From the NCBI GenBank assembly GCA_021463645.1, contig JAJTYI010000005.1, positions 64,680-128,679 on the forward strand: 64,000 bases of DNA, in the 5' to 3' direction. Made by a program: the position numbers and the translations under genes. Numbering within the stretch: the first letter of the stretch is position 1; each line of letters opens with the position of its first letter. The notes below the pieces were generated by a model. The model saw only the letters and a list, made by a program, of their open reading frames with translations, made no database searches and was not told the origin of the DNA. Positions 10,194 through 21,214 of this stretch are shown here, in pieces. This DNA comes from a bacterium (lineage in GTDB: Bacteria > Patescibacteriota > Dojkabacteria > B142 > OLB20).

Positions 10194-10736
10194 ATGAAGG
10201 CCGTGACAACAAACAGGTCGCTTATTAATACGATTGTAGCGATAATCCTATTAGTTTTCGCTGCTTTTGTCTCTGATTCCAAATTGAATCCAAGTTTAAC
10301 CAAAGATGTTCTAGGAACAGATACAACTGTATACACAGTGACCTCTATAGTAGACGGAGACACAATAAAAGTCAGTGATTCGGAAGATGTCTATACAGTA
10401 AGATTAATAGGCATCGACACTCCTGAAACAAAAGACCCACGAAAAGAAATTGAATGCTTTGGAGTAGAAGCCACACTTTATTTAACTAAATTAATACAAA
10501 ATCAAAAATTAATACTAAAATCTGACAGCACCCAGGATGATATTGATAGGTATGGGCGATTGTTAAGATACGCTTTCCTCGAAAATGGTACCAATGTGAA
10601 CAAAATAATGATTGAAGACGGTTATGCATATGAATACACTTACTCTAAGCCTTATTATTATCAAAGTGAATTTATTCAAGCTCAAAATTCCGCACGGAAT
10701 GGAGAGTTGGGTTTATGGAGTGGGGTTTGCAAATAA
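10194..10736 (+). CDS. Secreted or membrane-anchored thermonuclease (staphylococcal nuclease-like)
   Basis: An N-terminal hydrophobic anchor is followed by VDGDTIKV, VRLIGIDTPET, ECFGVEA, DRYGRLLRY and EDGYAYEY, which are typical SNase-fold motifs. Confidence 0.85.
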   Translation: MKAVTTNRSLINTIVAIILLVFAAFVSDSKLNPSLTKDVLGTDTTVYTVTSIVDGDTIKVSDSEDVYTVRLIGIDTPETKDPRKEIECFGVEATLYLTKLIQNQKLILKSDSTQDDIDRYGRLLRYAFLENGTNVNKIMIEDGYAYEYTYSKPYYYQSEFIQAQNSARNGELGLWSGVCK

Positions 10737-10762
10737 TTAGTAAGTTTAAGTCAAAATAACCA

Positions 10763-10786
10763 GATAAGCTGAGGGAGAAGCTTATC
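10763..10786. terminator. Hairpin between convergent genes (possible bidirectional terminator)
   Basis: GATAAGCT (10763-10770), an 8-nt loop, then AGCTTATC (10779-10786). It sits between the stop of the nuclease gene and the stop of the GNAT gene. There is no clear U-run. Confidence 0.35.
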
Positions 10787-11287
10787 CTATAATTCGATCC
10801 AATATCTACAAAATTCCACGTCACTTTCCAATATCCCACCATTTTTCTCTGCGACTCGCCTTGATGCGAAATTGTTTTTGTCACAAGTGATCAAAATTTT
10901 ATCAATTCCAAGTTTTTTTGCCTCCATCAATGCTAGTTCAACCATTTTGGTTGCATATCCTTTTCCTTGATACTTGGGAGAGATTGTATAACCCATATGT
11001 CCACTGTGTTTTTCTAAATAGTCATTCAAATAATGTCTGATTTTTACAAACCCAACAGGCTCATTATCTGCATACATCCAAAACAATGTTTGTGGAACTC
11101 GATCTTCGCCTATATTTAAATTTTCGGACTCATCATTTCTTACAACTAGCTCTTTCTTGAATTCTTCGTAACTCATTCCGTTGAAGATATTGTTGAAACC
11201 ATTTTGTTCGGCAGGGATTTCCTGTAGGAAATTATAAATATCTTCACCATCGGATGGAGATAGTTTTTGGAGTTTGAATTTTGGCAT
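10787..11287 (-). CDS. GNAT family N-acetyltransferase
   Basis: The acetyl-CoA-binding block is recognisable: ISPKYQGKGYATKMVELALMEAKKLGIDKILITCDKNNFASRRVAEKNGG. Confidence 0.85.
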   Translation of the reverse strand: MPKFKLQKLSPSDGEDIYNFLQEIPAEQNGFNNIFNGMSYEEFKKELVVRNDESENLNIGEDRVPQTLFWMYADNEPVGFVKIRHYLNDYLEKHSGHMGYTISPKYQGKGYATKMVELALMEAKKLGIDKILITCDKNNFASRRVAEKNGGILESDVEFCRYWIEL

Positions 11288-11514
11288 GATTATTGTCTTA
11301 ATTATATGATTATTTTACACAAGATTAATAGGGACAGCCATTTCGAAATAAATAAATTATGTATTATCTTCTCTATGATATAACACTTGTTTTAAAATAT
11401 TCACAAGAAGCCGACAAATTACTTTTTCAACTTGAGAAAACACTACAATTTAGTCGTACACATTCTTTCACAAAGATTTATGTTGTAGAATGATTAATAG
11501 TTGACTTATTAATA

Positions 11515-14500
11515 ATGAATGATCCGACTGTTATTCGAGAAGTTCCAGAGACACCTGATCTGGCTGAACAGAATCCTATTCCAGCAGTAGATGACGAAGC
11601 CCTAGCTTTATTTCTCGAGGCTGTAACTGAGGAGCCAGTTTCTGAAGCTACTCCAAAACCTAAACTGAATATTGTAGAAAAATCACTCATCCCAGAAGAA
11701 TTTCTAATCTCAGAGGATGATTCAACAGGCAGGATGAACAAACTTCGAACTTCCTTAAAGCAAACAGAAGAAAGAAACAAGTTACTGATAAGTGCAGCTA
11801 TTGACTCTATACAACTTCAAGCTACTCAGGAAGAATTAGCCTTAGAACCGGATGTAGATAGATTGTATACGACATACGAAAGTTACAGACTTGAAGTTCC
11901 ACAAGATGCTGATACTACAAGAGATCTGAAAGATACAAATATTTTAATTTTACAAGCTACAGTAAAGATAACTGAACTCGAAAGCGAACTTCAAATACTA
12001 GATGAGGAACAGCAGGAGTTAGGCGGAGAAGATGAGATAAAAGCATCTATTGATCAACTTAACGGGATTATAGATTTGAAGGGACATGCAACTGAAGAAG
12101 AAACCAAGACTTTAAATGAATTGTACGATAAGTGGAATCGGCATTATGAATTGAAATTTGCCAAATTAGCAAAAGCTAGAGAAATTCAAAAATTTAATTA
12201 TAGAAAAAAGGAACTAGGCTTTATTCGCCAAAAACTTATTGTATCAACCGAAGGTGATGTAACAAGAAATGTAATCAGAAACGGAGACGATAACTTAAAA
12301 GAAATAATTTCAGATGGTTTCCTTATCAAGACCATTCGACAGAAATATATTCAAGATCATGTCTTGGGTGAAATCGAAAGCGCATTTAATGATGGGATCA
12401 TGTCAGAAAACGAAATCCGTGGCATGTTTAACTTAATAAACGATTATGTAAAAAATGTAGACGGTCAGAATGCTGTTGAAAGAACGGCCCAAGAGGTTGA
12501 ATTAAAGAGGCTATTCAGTAAACATACTAATTTAAAAAAGACTGAACTGTTTTTCCATATTATCAAAGAAGGGTGGGACGGATCGGCCATCAGCATATTG
12601 ACTAAACAAACTTCCATGAATCAGATCAAGGAATTACAAGGTAGAGTTGATGAGCAGGTCGAAGGTGAAAGACTGAGAGATCTTTTGTCAACGAATAGAG
12701 AGGTCAGGAACCTTTTCAAAGAAAGTTGGTCCAACACTCAGCTGTATCATGCTTATCTACCATTCAAAATGCAAGATTTGTATGTCCACGATAATACTCT
12801 CGGTGTACCCTTTACATCTATTTGGCAGACAACCAGAGAAACACTACAGGCAAATGACTTGATGGCGACAGAATTGTCACAAATAGACGAAAAACTTCAA
12901 CATAATATAATCGTAGAAATATTGGATGGAAAAACCCATTCATTACGAGAATTAGAGTATTTTGATTCTCCACAAGTCATCAGGATTTTATTCATTTTAA
13001 GTACGAGTAATAAAGATTTTTTTTCAAGTGGAGAATCTTTTAGAATGCTGAGCCAGATATATGAAAGCGATAGATGGAACGAAGTGAGAGATAATGCGAT
13101 CAGCATGTATCCAAATTTAAAAGGTTGTATAGAATTATTTGAGAGTAAGAATCAAGAATCTAATCCTAATAATGTGATTATAGAAAACCTATTAAGGTCT
13201 GAATTGGCCACAGAACTAATTGACATAATACAAAATCCCGATGATAAGAAATATGCTCGTTTAGCCTCACAGTCTCTAGGTCTAGAATCATTACTCAACG
13301 TCTTGATAGACAATGGGAAGGTAGACATCAACTCAGTTCCCCATATTAAATTAATAATTGAAGGTCTTAATTCTCAGAATCGGGCTATGCTTGAAGACCA
13401 AAGCATAATTGAAGATGATTTATCTAAATTCAAATTTCATCAATCTCTCGTAGAAGCGTTATCAAACCAGGTTCTTGATGAACAAAATGTTGACAATAGC
13501 GTTCTTGCAAAATTTGAAGCAATTTCAAAATTTATTAATATAGAACTAAAGGACGTTGAGATAGATAGTAAAACGATTTTCAGCGTCTTTTCAGGTAAAG
13601 CTTTGAGGTTTGACAATGAAGTAGAACTTTTAACATTCCTCGATACTATAAGAACACACCCTGTTTTATTATCAAATCAAAGCTTATTCGAAAATTATTG
13701 CACTCTTTACAAAACAGAATCATCCTTGCAGTATGTACAATTGTTAGAAGATTGGAAAGATAAACCCGAAGATTTAGGGGCAATATACAAAGCTGTTGAG
13801 TATGGGTACATCAGAGCTGAAGAAGCACTAACATTGAATGATAGAATCGGAAAACTCAATCTCGGAACTGTCGCATTAAATTTATCTCTAGAATTTCCGG
13901 AATTATTTATCAGAGAAACTGAAGGAGTTGAATTGTTGCAAAAGTTAGTTATAGATGGAATAGATAACATAGGACATGATAATGATGTATTGCTTGGGAA
14001 ATATTTAATCAGTATCAAACGGGCAGAAAATATAAGGTTCAATAGGTTTATTGATCTTTTAATACAAATAGATATACAACAAATTAATTCTTTACTCGAT
14101 CAACCTGACAAAGGTCGAAAAGATCTAAATTGGAAGCAAGCATTCCTAGCACAGGGAATCATAGCTACTGGGGTAGTGGACGATAACTTTAAACTGAGCC
14201 CCACTGCATTGAAGAAGTTAGAAGGATTAGTATCTGAAGATGGTTTAAATGATAATCATCTTCGGTATCTAAGAGACGAATATTTAGACTTATTAGAAAA
14301 TGGTGATTTGGCTAACCCAACGGGATCATTAATGCGTTCTACCGAAATATTGCCAATTCTAGCCGAACAAATCAACCTTACACAGATTGCTACTCTGGGG
14401 TCATTCGTCAGAGCTATTACAGTTAATTCAGCTATAGAAACCACATCCCCGAGGACAACAAGAGAAATACAACAAGGATTGTTAATTATGGAGGGGAAAA

Positions 14501-14604
14501 TGAAAGAAGCCAAATGGGCAAATCTCGAGAAATCATACTTCTATGATATTTCAAAAAAATATTGGATACATCCCCTAGTCTGTTCTCATCGTATTTGGAA
14601 TTGA
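11515..14604 (+). CDS. Large acidic hypothetical protein (1029 aa), no recognisable domain
   Basis: A long uninterrupted ORF starting at ATG, with no TM segments, a helical E/K/L/D-rich composition, and N-terminus MNDPTVIREVPETPDLAEQNPIP. Confidence 0.7.
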   Translation: MNDPTVIREVPETPDLAEQNPIPAVDDEALALFLEAVTEEPVSEATPKPKLNIVEKSLIPEEFLISEDDSTGRMNKLRTSLKQTEERNKLLISAAIDSIQLQATQEELALEPDVDRLYTTYESYRLEVPQDADTTRDLKDTNILILQATVKITELESELQILDEEQQELGGEDEIKASIDQLNGIIDLKGHATEEETKTLNELYDKWNRHYELKFAKLAKAREIQKFNYRKKELGFIRQKLIVSTEGDVTRNVIRNGDDNLKEIISDGFLIKTIRQKYIQDHVLGEIESAFNDGIMSENEIRGMFNLINDYVKNVDGQNAVERTAQEVELKRLFSKHTNLKKTELFFHIIKEGWDGSAISILTKQTSMNQIKELQGRVDEQVEGERLRDLLSTNREVRNLFKESWSNTQLYHAYLPFKMQDLYVHDNTLGVPFTSIWQTTRETLQANDLMATELSQIDEKLQHNIIVEILDGKTHSLRELEYFDSPQVIRILFILSTSNKDFFSSGESFRMLSQIYESDRWNEVRDNAISMYPNLKGCIELFESKNQESNPNNVIIENLLRSELATELIDIIQNPDDKKYARLASQSLGLESLLNVLIDNGKVDINSVPHIKLIIEGLNSQNRAMLEDQSIIEDDLSKFKFHQSLVEALSNQVLDEQNVDNSVLAKFEAISKFINIELKDVEIDSKTIFSVFSGKALRFDNEVELLTFLDTIRTHPVLLSNQSLFENYCTLYKTESSLQYVQLLEDWKDKPEDLGAIYKAVEYGYIRAEEALTLNDRIGKLNLGTVALNLSLEFPELFIRETEGVELLQKLVIDGIDNIGHDNDVLLGKYLISIKRAENIRFNRFIDLLIQIDIQQINSLLDQPDKGRKDLNWKQAFLAQGIIATGVVDDNFKLSPTALKKLEGLVSEDGLNDNHLRYLRDEYLDLLENGDLANPTGSLMRSTEILPILAEQINLTQIATLGSFVRAITVNSAIETTSPRTTREIQQGLLIMEGKMKEAKWANLEKSYFYDISKKYWIHPLVCSHRIWN

Positions 14605-16454
14605 TGCACTCAATGTCTAAGAATGAACTGAAAACTTTTGTAAAAGAGGTCTACCCTTTATTTAATACAAAATTAATATTACTTCAATCTGATTCAGAAC
14701 CTGACCATATAAGAAACCTCGTCATTATCAGAGAAGATGTGAGAAGTTTTCATTCTGCATTGGCTAAAGGAGAAACAGACGGTGAACAGAAGAGACAACA
14801 ATTAACAGCAGAAATAGTGGGTCTCGTAAGAGAAAGATATGGGATTAAAGATCTCCCAGAAACACTTACCTCTGTACAGTATCGATCTATTAACAATTTC
14901 GCAATGTATCTTACCAATATGGAGGGAAGAACTGAACTAAAAGAAAATATATTGGCTCTTTATTTAGCATTAACCTTAAAAGGCGAATGGAAGCAGCTAA
15001 GGAGTGGAAATAATATCAATCCACAAGTTCTCCTGAAAGAAGATAAAGCTTTAACACTAGAACCAGTAGTCAGGTCTCAAGAGATTGTAAATTCACGTAT
15101 TTACGGAATATTAGGAGTAGAGGCTGAAAGCCAGGAGAGATTCCAAGCAATACTTCAAAGCGATGAAATGGTACGCTCCGAAGGCATGTTACAAACAACA
15201 GATGTGAAATTAATGAATTTAATCAGTAACCTTCGAATATTTGACGATCCAGATATATTTAGTGACGAGTTGGATTTAGTTAGGTATAACCTACTCGGTA
15301 AATACGGGGATAAAACTTTGAATAAGAGTGTAGCTATGATATACAGGAGTTTATTAAATGGTAGTGTCACTCTAGGAGAAGAAGAGCAACAGATCCGAAC
15401 TGAAATTGAAGCTGCTTTGAAAAAAAGTAACCTAGAATTCACTGTGGGAAATCTGAAACAATATTTCCAGCAAGGTTTAATACCTTTTGTGAATATTTAT
15501 AAAATAAAACAAACGATAGTAGAGGGTGATGTTGAGAGAAGAATTGAAGATCTCCGCCAATCTCTTTTACCCCCAAGCAAAATCATAGATATCTTTTCAA
15601 AATTGGGAGAGGATTTCAGACCTCAGTCAGGTGCTATGGCGTTAACACAAGATGTAAGCTTTTTGGAAAATTTAGTTGTAAAGAAGGAGGATGATTTAAC
15701 ACAAGAAGAACTTGATGAAATTTCAAAATATTTAGCACCTATTAGAGAACAATTAATCGAACTCGAAGAAATTAATGTTATCCTTGCTGGTAAAACCAAA
15801 CCATATAATGATACAGACGATTCTGTCAGAGGAGATCTGCTAAAGACACAAATTAAAATGATCGACGAAATCGTTAAATCCAAAAACGAGATTGAACCCC
15901 TGGTAAGCACTTCAACGAACGACTTAAATACAATTATTGAAAATTTGCGTGCTTGTTTGTCCTGCAAAACCGCCGAAATAAATAATAGTACGAATCTGAC
16001 TTTCGGAGAATCGTACAAATTTTATCTCTATACTGCTGCAGCTTCCCAAAGCGAAGGTAGTATTGCTGATCAAATCGTGTACTTCGTGCCAGTAAAAAAG
16101 TCCGGGGAGGAAGATGAGATGTCGTTCGTTTTTGATCAAGTTTACGGTAGTTCCACACCACTGATATTAAGCAATCATGTCAACACTATCATAGCTAAAA
16201 TGACCAAGTTGAGGGAAGCATTCCCTGACATGAAACTTTCCATTTTTATCCCAAAAAACACACTGACCTCTGTAGGAACATCTGCTGAAATCTTGAAAGA
16301 TCAATATTTGACTTCCGATTTGACAGTATCAGATGAGTCATTAACTGTGGATATTCCACAATCAGAATTTGGTGATCATTATGTTGAATTTGGGGGCGAA
16401 GCACGTGAGCCCGGACAAAGAGAAGTGCAAGGTGTAATGCTACGAATGCTTTAG
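14604..16454 (+). CDS. Large hypothetical protein (~616 aa from ATG 14604), translationally coupled to the upstream gene
   Basis: The track ORF begins at TTG 14562. The first ATG (14604-14606) overlaps the upstream stop TGA (14602-14604) as TGATG. No motifs recognised. Confidence 0.65.
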   Translation: MHSMSKNELKTFVKEVYPLFNTKLILLQSDSEPDHIRNLVIIREDVRSFHSALAKGETDGEQKRQQLTAEIVGLVRERYGIKDLPETLTSVQYRSINNFAMYLTNMEGRTELKENILALYLALTLKGEWKQLRSGNNINPQVLLKEDKALTLEPVVRSQEIVNSRIYGILGVEAESQERFQAILQSDEMVRSEGMLQTTDVKLMNLISNLRIFDDPDIFSDELDLVRYNLLGKYGDKTLNKSVAMIYRSLLNGSVTLGEEEQQIRTEIEAALKKSNLEFTVGNLKQYFQQGLIPFVNIYKIKQTIVEGDVERRIEDLRQSLLPPSKIIDIFSKLGEDFRPQSGAMALTQDVSFLENLVVKKEDDLTQEELDEISKYLAPIREQLIELEEINVILAGKTKPYNDTDDSVRGDLLKTQIKMIDEIVKSKNEIEPLVSTSTNDLNTIIENLRACLSCKTAEINNSTNLTFGESYKFYLYTAAASQSEGSIADQIVYFVPVKKSGEEDEMSFVFDQVYGSSTPLILSNHVNTIIAKMTKLREAFPDMKLSIFIPKNTLTSVGTSAEILKDQYLTSDLTVSDESLTVDIPQSEFGDHYVEFGGEAREPGQREVQGVMLRML

Positions 16455-16478
16455 AACTTTGAAATAAAATTTACTTCA

Positions 16479-17084
16479 TTATGTGATCCTATTCTTTAAC
16501 TTCTGAATTAGAATTTTTAGGTCTTCCCTAACGTACCCCAAAACAACCTCATCAATCTCATCTTGACTATGATTCCCCACAGGCAGTGATTCAAATACGA
16601 AAGACAAAACATTCTTCAATGGATTGATCCCCTCTTTTCTTATTATCCCCTGTTCATTCCCGAGGAATATTAAAGGGAGCCTGGATTCGTAATAATAATA
16701 TTTACCTTTTGATTTGTTATAAATTGCGTAGGACCTTACTTCTTCTATAGAATCCCCTACGTTTAGCATTTTCCCTGATAAAATATCATCGACTAATTCT
16801 TTTGAATTTGCGGTCAACAAATTCTTCGAAGGGATACAAAAACCATCATCAATTCCTATGATTATAGCAATCTCCGCATATTCTACTTTCTTTTCTAGCA
16901 TTTTCAATGCAAATTCTACTTTGTCTTTAGCTCTTTCTTTCAAGGTTCCGACTTCTTCATTCTCTTCTAATAATTTATAATCACGGAGATTTTTATATTT
17001 ATAGTTAATAAGTCCCAATTTCTGGAAAATTCCTTTTGTAATGTTGAATTTGTCTATGTTTTTTGTGGCAACGAGGACGATCAT
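16479..17084 (-). CDS. Hypothetical protein, possibly a divergent Ham1/ITPase-like NTP pyrophosphatase
   Basis: VLVATKNIDKF, EEVGTLKERAKDKV and IIGIDDGFCIPS loosely recall the ATxNxxK / E..G.T..ENA..KA / DDSG pattern of the Ham1 family. The similarity is weak. Confidence 0.4.
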   Translation of the reverse strand: MIVLVATKNIDKFNITKGIFQKLGLINYKYKNLRDYKLLEENEEVGTLKERAKDKVEFALKMLEKKVEYAEIAIIIGIDDGFCIPSKNLLTANSKELVDDILSGKMLNVGDSIEEVRSYAIYNKSKGKYYYYESRLPLIFLGNEQGIIRKEGINPLKNVLSFVFESLPVGNHSQDEIDEVVLGYVREDLKILIQKLKNRIT

Positions 17085-17245
17085 AATTTTTATGTGTATT
17101 GTGTTTTTCAGGCTAATTATTAATTGATTATACTTACTTTAGATTAGATTTTGCACTAACGATAAATAACGAGAATTGTGGCTTTCCTTTTATAATTACG
17201 TTTAATAAAGGGGGAAAGCGTAGAATAGAGAAAAAGAAATCATTT

Positions 17246-17464
17246 CTATTCCTGTATCACTTCGTATCTAAATATTTCAGTAATCTCAACACCAAAAGCT
17301 TCAGCTATCCGAAAAGCCAGATCCAATGATGGGACATATTTTCCAGCTTCGATAGATATTATTGTTTGTCTGGAAACACCAGCCTTCTCGGCCAGCATTT
17401 CCTGAGTCATTCCGTTATTATTAAAACGATATTTTCTAATGTTGTTTTGAACTTTAATTTTCAT
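17246..17464 (-). CDS. XRE-family helix-turn-helix transcriptional regulator (72 aa)
   Basis: [41 protein letters not shown] is a canonical Cro/C1-type HTH. Confidence 0.85.
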   Translation of the reverse strand: MKIKVQNNIRKYRFNNNGMTQEMLAEKAGVSRQTIISIEAGKYVPSLDLAFRIAEAFGVEITEIFRYEVIQE

Positions 17465-17469
17465 AAATA

Positions 17470-17982
17470 TTATTCCTTACTGTAAAAGTAAAGTTGAACT
17501 GCACCTTCAATAATTGATCCCAACATACAACTGAGGAATAGGATATTTAACATGACAATCGCAGTTTGTCCCATTGCGAGTGCACCAATTGATATGACAA
17601 TACCAAAACCTGTTAAATAATATCCGACCTGTAATGACTTGCGTTCGATTTGTTTAACTCTTTCGTCTTCGACCATTTCCTGTTTTATTCTTTTTTCGAC
17701 AAGCTTATCAAATTTCTTATCTTCAAGTGTGGAGTCCTTCACTTTTTCTTCCACAGCAATGGAAACCGATAATAATATGTGGAATATGATTTGAATCACA
17801 ATATTTACAACAATCGCAACTCCGATAAATAATAGGATTTTAGTAGCAGTCTGTTGTAAATCATCTGAATTTCCACTTTTGTTTACTACGGGAAGAATTG
17901 TAAAACAATAGACAAGAAAAAGTACGAGACCACAGGTTATACTGACAAGGGTCTTTTTTTGCTGATAAGACATATTTAACAT
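17470..17982 (-). CDS. Membrane protein co-transcribed with the XRE regulator
   Basis: The 170-aa ORF has four hydrophobic segments and a charged central loop. It ends 5 nt before the start of the XRE gene. Confidence 0.6.
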   Translation of the reverse strand: MLNMSYQQKKTLVSITCGLVLFLVYCFTILPVVNKSGNSDDLQQTATKILLFIGVAIVVNIVIQIIFHILLSVSIAVEEKVKDSTLEDKKFDKLVEKRIKQEMVEDERVKQIERKSLQVGYYLTGFGIVISIGALAMGQTAIVMLNILFLSCMLGSIIEGAVQLYFYSKE

Positions 17983-18083
17983 TTAATAAGTAATAATGAT
18001 TTATACAATAATTATTCTCTGATGTCAAATACACTTTACATTATGTAATATATACCATACTTATATAGAAGACTTAAATTATT

Positions 18084-18230
18084 GGGAATTAGAATATGAT
18101 GAGAACGGCCACAACTCAGGCTGAGTCTGAACTTCTCTACTCTAAATACGAATCTTATTAGTATGGTCAGATAAGACCAGGGTACTTATGACGCCTTGTT
18201 TTCAACACATTCACCCAACCAAATAGATAG
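18084..18230 (+). repeat. Interspersed intergenic repeat, copy A (divergent)
   Basis: GGGAAT...GGCCACAACTCAGG core (18084-18120), plus a weaker extension (GACCAGGGT) resembling copy C. Confidence 0.5.
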
Positions 18231-18308
18231 GACCAACTTGAATTGTTACTGGCAGGGTTAAGTGTAAGTTCAATTGGGAACTCTTATTTTTCAGGTCTTG
18301 ATCTCCAT

Positions 18309-21209
18309 TTAATTTGTAATCGCAAATCCCACTATATTATTAACCCAATTATAGTTTTCAGGAGATCCGAAAGGTTGTGAACCGCTAATATCTCTAACCC
18401 TGCCAATCTCTGGCATTAAGCCATAAACATACTGCTGATCAGGAGAGCCTGCATGAACAGAACTAGAATCCGATAAATTGACAACATTTCCGTTCAGATC
18501 TATGGTAGGACTTGTTTGCAATATGTGACCATAGATATGTGGTGCCGTGAGTGACAAAAATGTGTTTGAATAAACAATTTGGGATGATGTCATTCCGGCT
18601 GGATCAGTCACGCTTCTAAATGCAGTACCTTGTGCTGGTATTCCCGCCGGGCCTTTCATTAGCATATTGTTTAATTTACCACTCATCATATTTCTAAGAG
18701 ATGCACCACCCACGATAGGATTGGGATTAAAGTTCCCTTGATCCGTCCAAGACCAGAGCAGATTAGCTACATCAATCGATGGGTTATCTTTTGGTACATT
18801 CTCCCAATTTGTAATCCACCACTTTCCTGTTTGTCTATCAACACATAAGAATTCTGCATTCACTGCAATATCTCCATTTCTAAAAGATGTACCTTCGATT
18901 CCACCTATCCTATTCGTAGGACGAAAAGGTTCTTTTTCCTCACCTTCCCATAACCAATCAACAACAAAATCAGCGAAAACCTTATCACCTCCACCGGCAG
19001 CTTTTACGATTGAACCAGCATCTGTTCCATAATACACACTTGCAAAATCTTGGTTTTCCCCTTGCCATAACCCAGGAGTCAACATTCCTTTTGATTCATC
19101 AGGGAAATAAACAACCTTTGCTATAGCATTTTCAGGGAGTTTCTGTCCTAGCAAATTTTGTAGATCACTTCCAAACAGCTGTCTGATGTATTCATTAGAA
19201 GATATTTCACTCGGCAATGAGTAATATAGATATGTAATACCAGAATCTGGGTCTTTTTCAATGTTAGTTCCTAAGTACTCTGGTGATAAAGTTGACAGAA
19301 ATTCCTGAGCATCTTCAAGTGATTCAATCTGTAGTATTTGATTTCTTACTTCTTCAGACAGAGTGATATCTTCGACGGGTCTCTGAATAAAAGTATTTAC
19401 TGCTTCTTCTTGTACTATATCATTTCCGATCAGATCAACTTCAGCTCCGCTTCTTACCCCACTATCATCTACAAGTGTACTTTCACCCCCGGAAGTCTCT
19501 GTAACTCCAACACTTGGTTCAGCTACTGTTACTTCAGTCACATAGTTAGTTTTTATTGCTTCATTTTCCACTACTGGAACTTCAATGTTTTCGTTAAGAA
19601 CGATATCTTCCCCCACACCCAAATCAATCTCGGACTCCCCAATTTCAGACATAAATATAAACCCGGGAGGTGCCACATCCCTACAACTTAGACCTCCAGG
19701 AATCCAACTTTGGAGTATTCTTGGTAATATTGAATAATCCCCAGTATCATCCACATATGCAGCTAGTGCTTCACAATCAGCGTCACCAAATTTTTCATTC
19801 GCATTGTAGAAAGTACTTTTTGCAAGTTCTTTTGCATTAGATGCACTTACAACACCGGGTTTGGCTACAATTCCCAACCCCAAACCTATTAATATAGTTG
19901 TACTAGCTACTAGCAGTTTTACTCTGGTTCTTATCTTTGGCCATTTTCTTCTTTTCTTTTCCATGCTGTTTTCTGCAGTTATAGTTTGTGCCATACCCGC
20001 AGTGACCTCCGCTACTTCATGTTCTTCTACTCCTAAAAGCTCTGCTGTTTCTGCAGTTATCATTTCAGTATCACCAGAAAGTGCATCAATTACTATTGCT
20101 GTTTGATCATTTTCTACAACTTCCCTTACAACCTCATCTGCACCTAAATATTCAGATGCTTGAGCATTTTTATAGTTTATTGCACTCGCATATGGAGTAT
20201 CAAACTGATAATTATTTTTCCAGATTCTATACTCGACCTTCCCTTTAGCACTTTGCAATATCCTAACTAATGAATCGGATGATCCCGACTGTTTTAACAT
20301 TTTAATTCGTTCATCAAGTGTGTCACTAATAAACTCCAAACTCGAATCTGGGTGTAAATTATAGTTCCTCACCTCCCCCGCAATTTCGTAAAGCAGTTGA
20401 TCCGCAACTCTTCTTCCTTTTGCATTTATTCGCACCGCCTGTTTACCTCCATTCTCGGAAATGTTTACACAACTTTCTACTTCCCCAATTGTTGTTAATA
20501 ATTCGTCAATAGATTCTTCAACTTGTGTGTTGCCAGATCCAAACTCAGGTCCCAAGAACCTTGCTAATTCTTCAACTACCGGATAAACCTGGTCGAGTTC
20601 TACAGATAACATACTTGCAACACGAGAAGAATTATACTTTTCTCTTTCGTCAAGATACTCATAAATTCCGGTCGTGTCTTGTTCTGAAGCGAGTCTATTT
20701 AACTTTGTTAAATCAGCCGCATTTAAACCAAGGTTGTCATGTGTAATTCCGATAGAATTCAAATATTCCTCAGCATGTTCTTTTTGTTCTCTGTATTTAA
20801 TCTTACCGATAGCTGAATTGATCAATTTCCTTTTTGCTTTTACTTGTTCATCGTCTGCTCCACTTCGATTTAAATCCTGTCTGATTTGTAATAATTCAAC
20901 CAAGCCGTTTTTACCATCAGTCAAATATATATCAGCGATTTGTTGAGATACTTCTCTACCTTCATTATTAATTCTTAAGGTATTTTTTCCAGACTCAGAT
21001 ATATGCGAAACCATACATTTAGATGTGTCGACGTTATCAAGAATTTGTGTAATCTTTGTGTCTCTATCATAAGAAGCAATTTGATCTTCTGTTATAGACG
21101 CAAAAAATTCAATGGGTAGATCGGCCACATCTCGTAGTTGGTCACCATTTCTATCAGGACTTGCAGGACTAGTTGATACATCTGGAGTTTTTAAAACCGG
21201 TTCATTCAT
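18309..21209 (-). CDS. Large bitopic hypothetical protein (966 aa) with an internally duplicated N-terminal region, a central TM helix and a C-terminal extracytoplasmic domain
   Basis: Two homologous segments are visible. The first has CMVSHISESGKNTLRINNEGREVSQQ...GKIKYREQKEHAEEYL, the second CVNISENGGKQAVRINAKGRRVADQ...GKVEYRIWKNNYQ...ASEYL. A hydrophobic segment LLVASTTILIGLGLGIV lies at ~19860-19935. Confidence 0.75.
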   Translation of the reverse strand: MNEPVLKTPDVSTSPASPDRNGDQLRDVADLPIEFFASITEDQIASYDRDTKITQILDNVDTSKCMVSHISESGKNTLRINNEGREVSQQIADIYLTDGKNGLVELLQIRQDLNRSGADDEQVKAKRKLINSAIGKIKYREQKEHAEEYLNSIGITHDNLGLNAADLTKLNRLASEQDTTGIYEYLDEREKYNSSRVASMLSVELDQVYPVVEELARFLGPEFGSGNTQVEESIDELLTTIGEVESCVNISENGGKQAVRINAKGRRVADQLLYEIAGEVRNYNLHPDSSLEFISDTLDERIKMLKQSGSSDSLVRILQSAKGKVEYRIWKNNYQFDTPYASAINYKNAQASEYLGADEVVREVVENDQTAIVIDALSGDTEMITAETAELLGVEEHEVAEVTAGMAQTITAENSMEKKRRKWPKIRTRVKLLVASTTILIGLGLGIVAKPGVVSASNAKELAKSTFYNANEKFGDADCEALAAYVDDTGDYSILPRILQSWIPGGLSCRDVAPPGFIFMSEIGESEIDLGVGEDIVLNENIEVPVVENEAIKTNYVTEVTVAEPSVGVTETSGGESTLVDDSGVRSGAEVDLIGNDIVQEEAVNTFIQRPVEDITLSEEVRNQILQIESLEDAQEFLSTLSPEYLGTNIEKDPDSGITYLYYSLPSEISSNEYIRQLFGSDLQNLLGQKLPENAIAKVVYFPDESKGMLTPGLWQGENQDFASVYYGTDAGSIVKAAGGGDKVFADFVVDWLWEGEEKEPFRPTNRIGGIEGTSFRNGDIAVNAEFLCVDRQTGKWWITNWENVPKDNPSIDVANLLWSWTDQGNFNPNPIVGGASLRNMMSGKLNNMLMKGPAGIPAQGTAFRSVTDPAGMTSSQIVYSNTFLSLTAPHIYGHILQTSPTIDLNGNVVNLSDSSSVHAGSPDQQYVYGLMPEIGRVRDISGSQPFGSPENYNWVNNIVGFAITN

Positions 21210-21214
21210 TATAC

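Noticed and set aside
14545-14606. Frameshift at the A7 run (14552-14558) that would fuse the 1029-aa and 630-aa ORFs into one gene
   Set aside because: A clean TGATG stop/start overlap at 14602-14606 explains the arrangement without invoking an error. The track's TTG start at 14562 is not needed. A frameshift cannot be fully excluded without reads.
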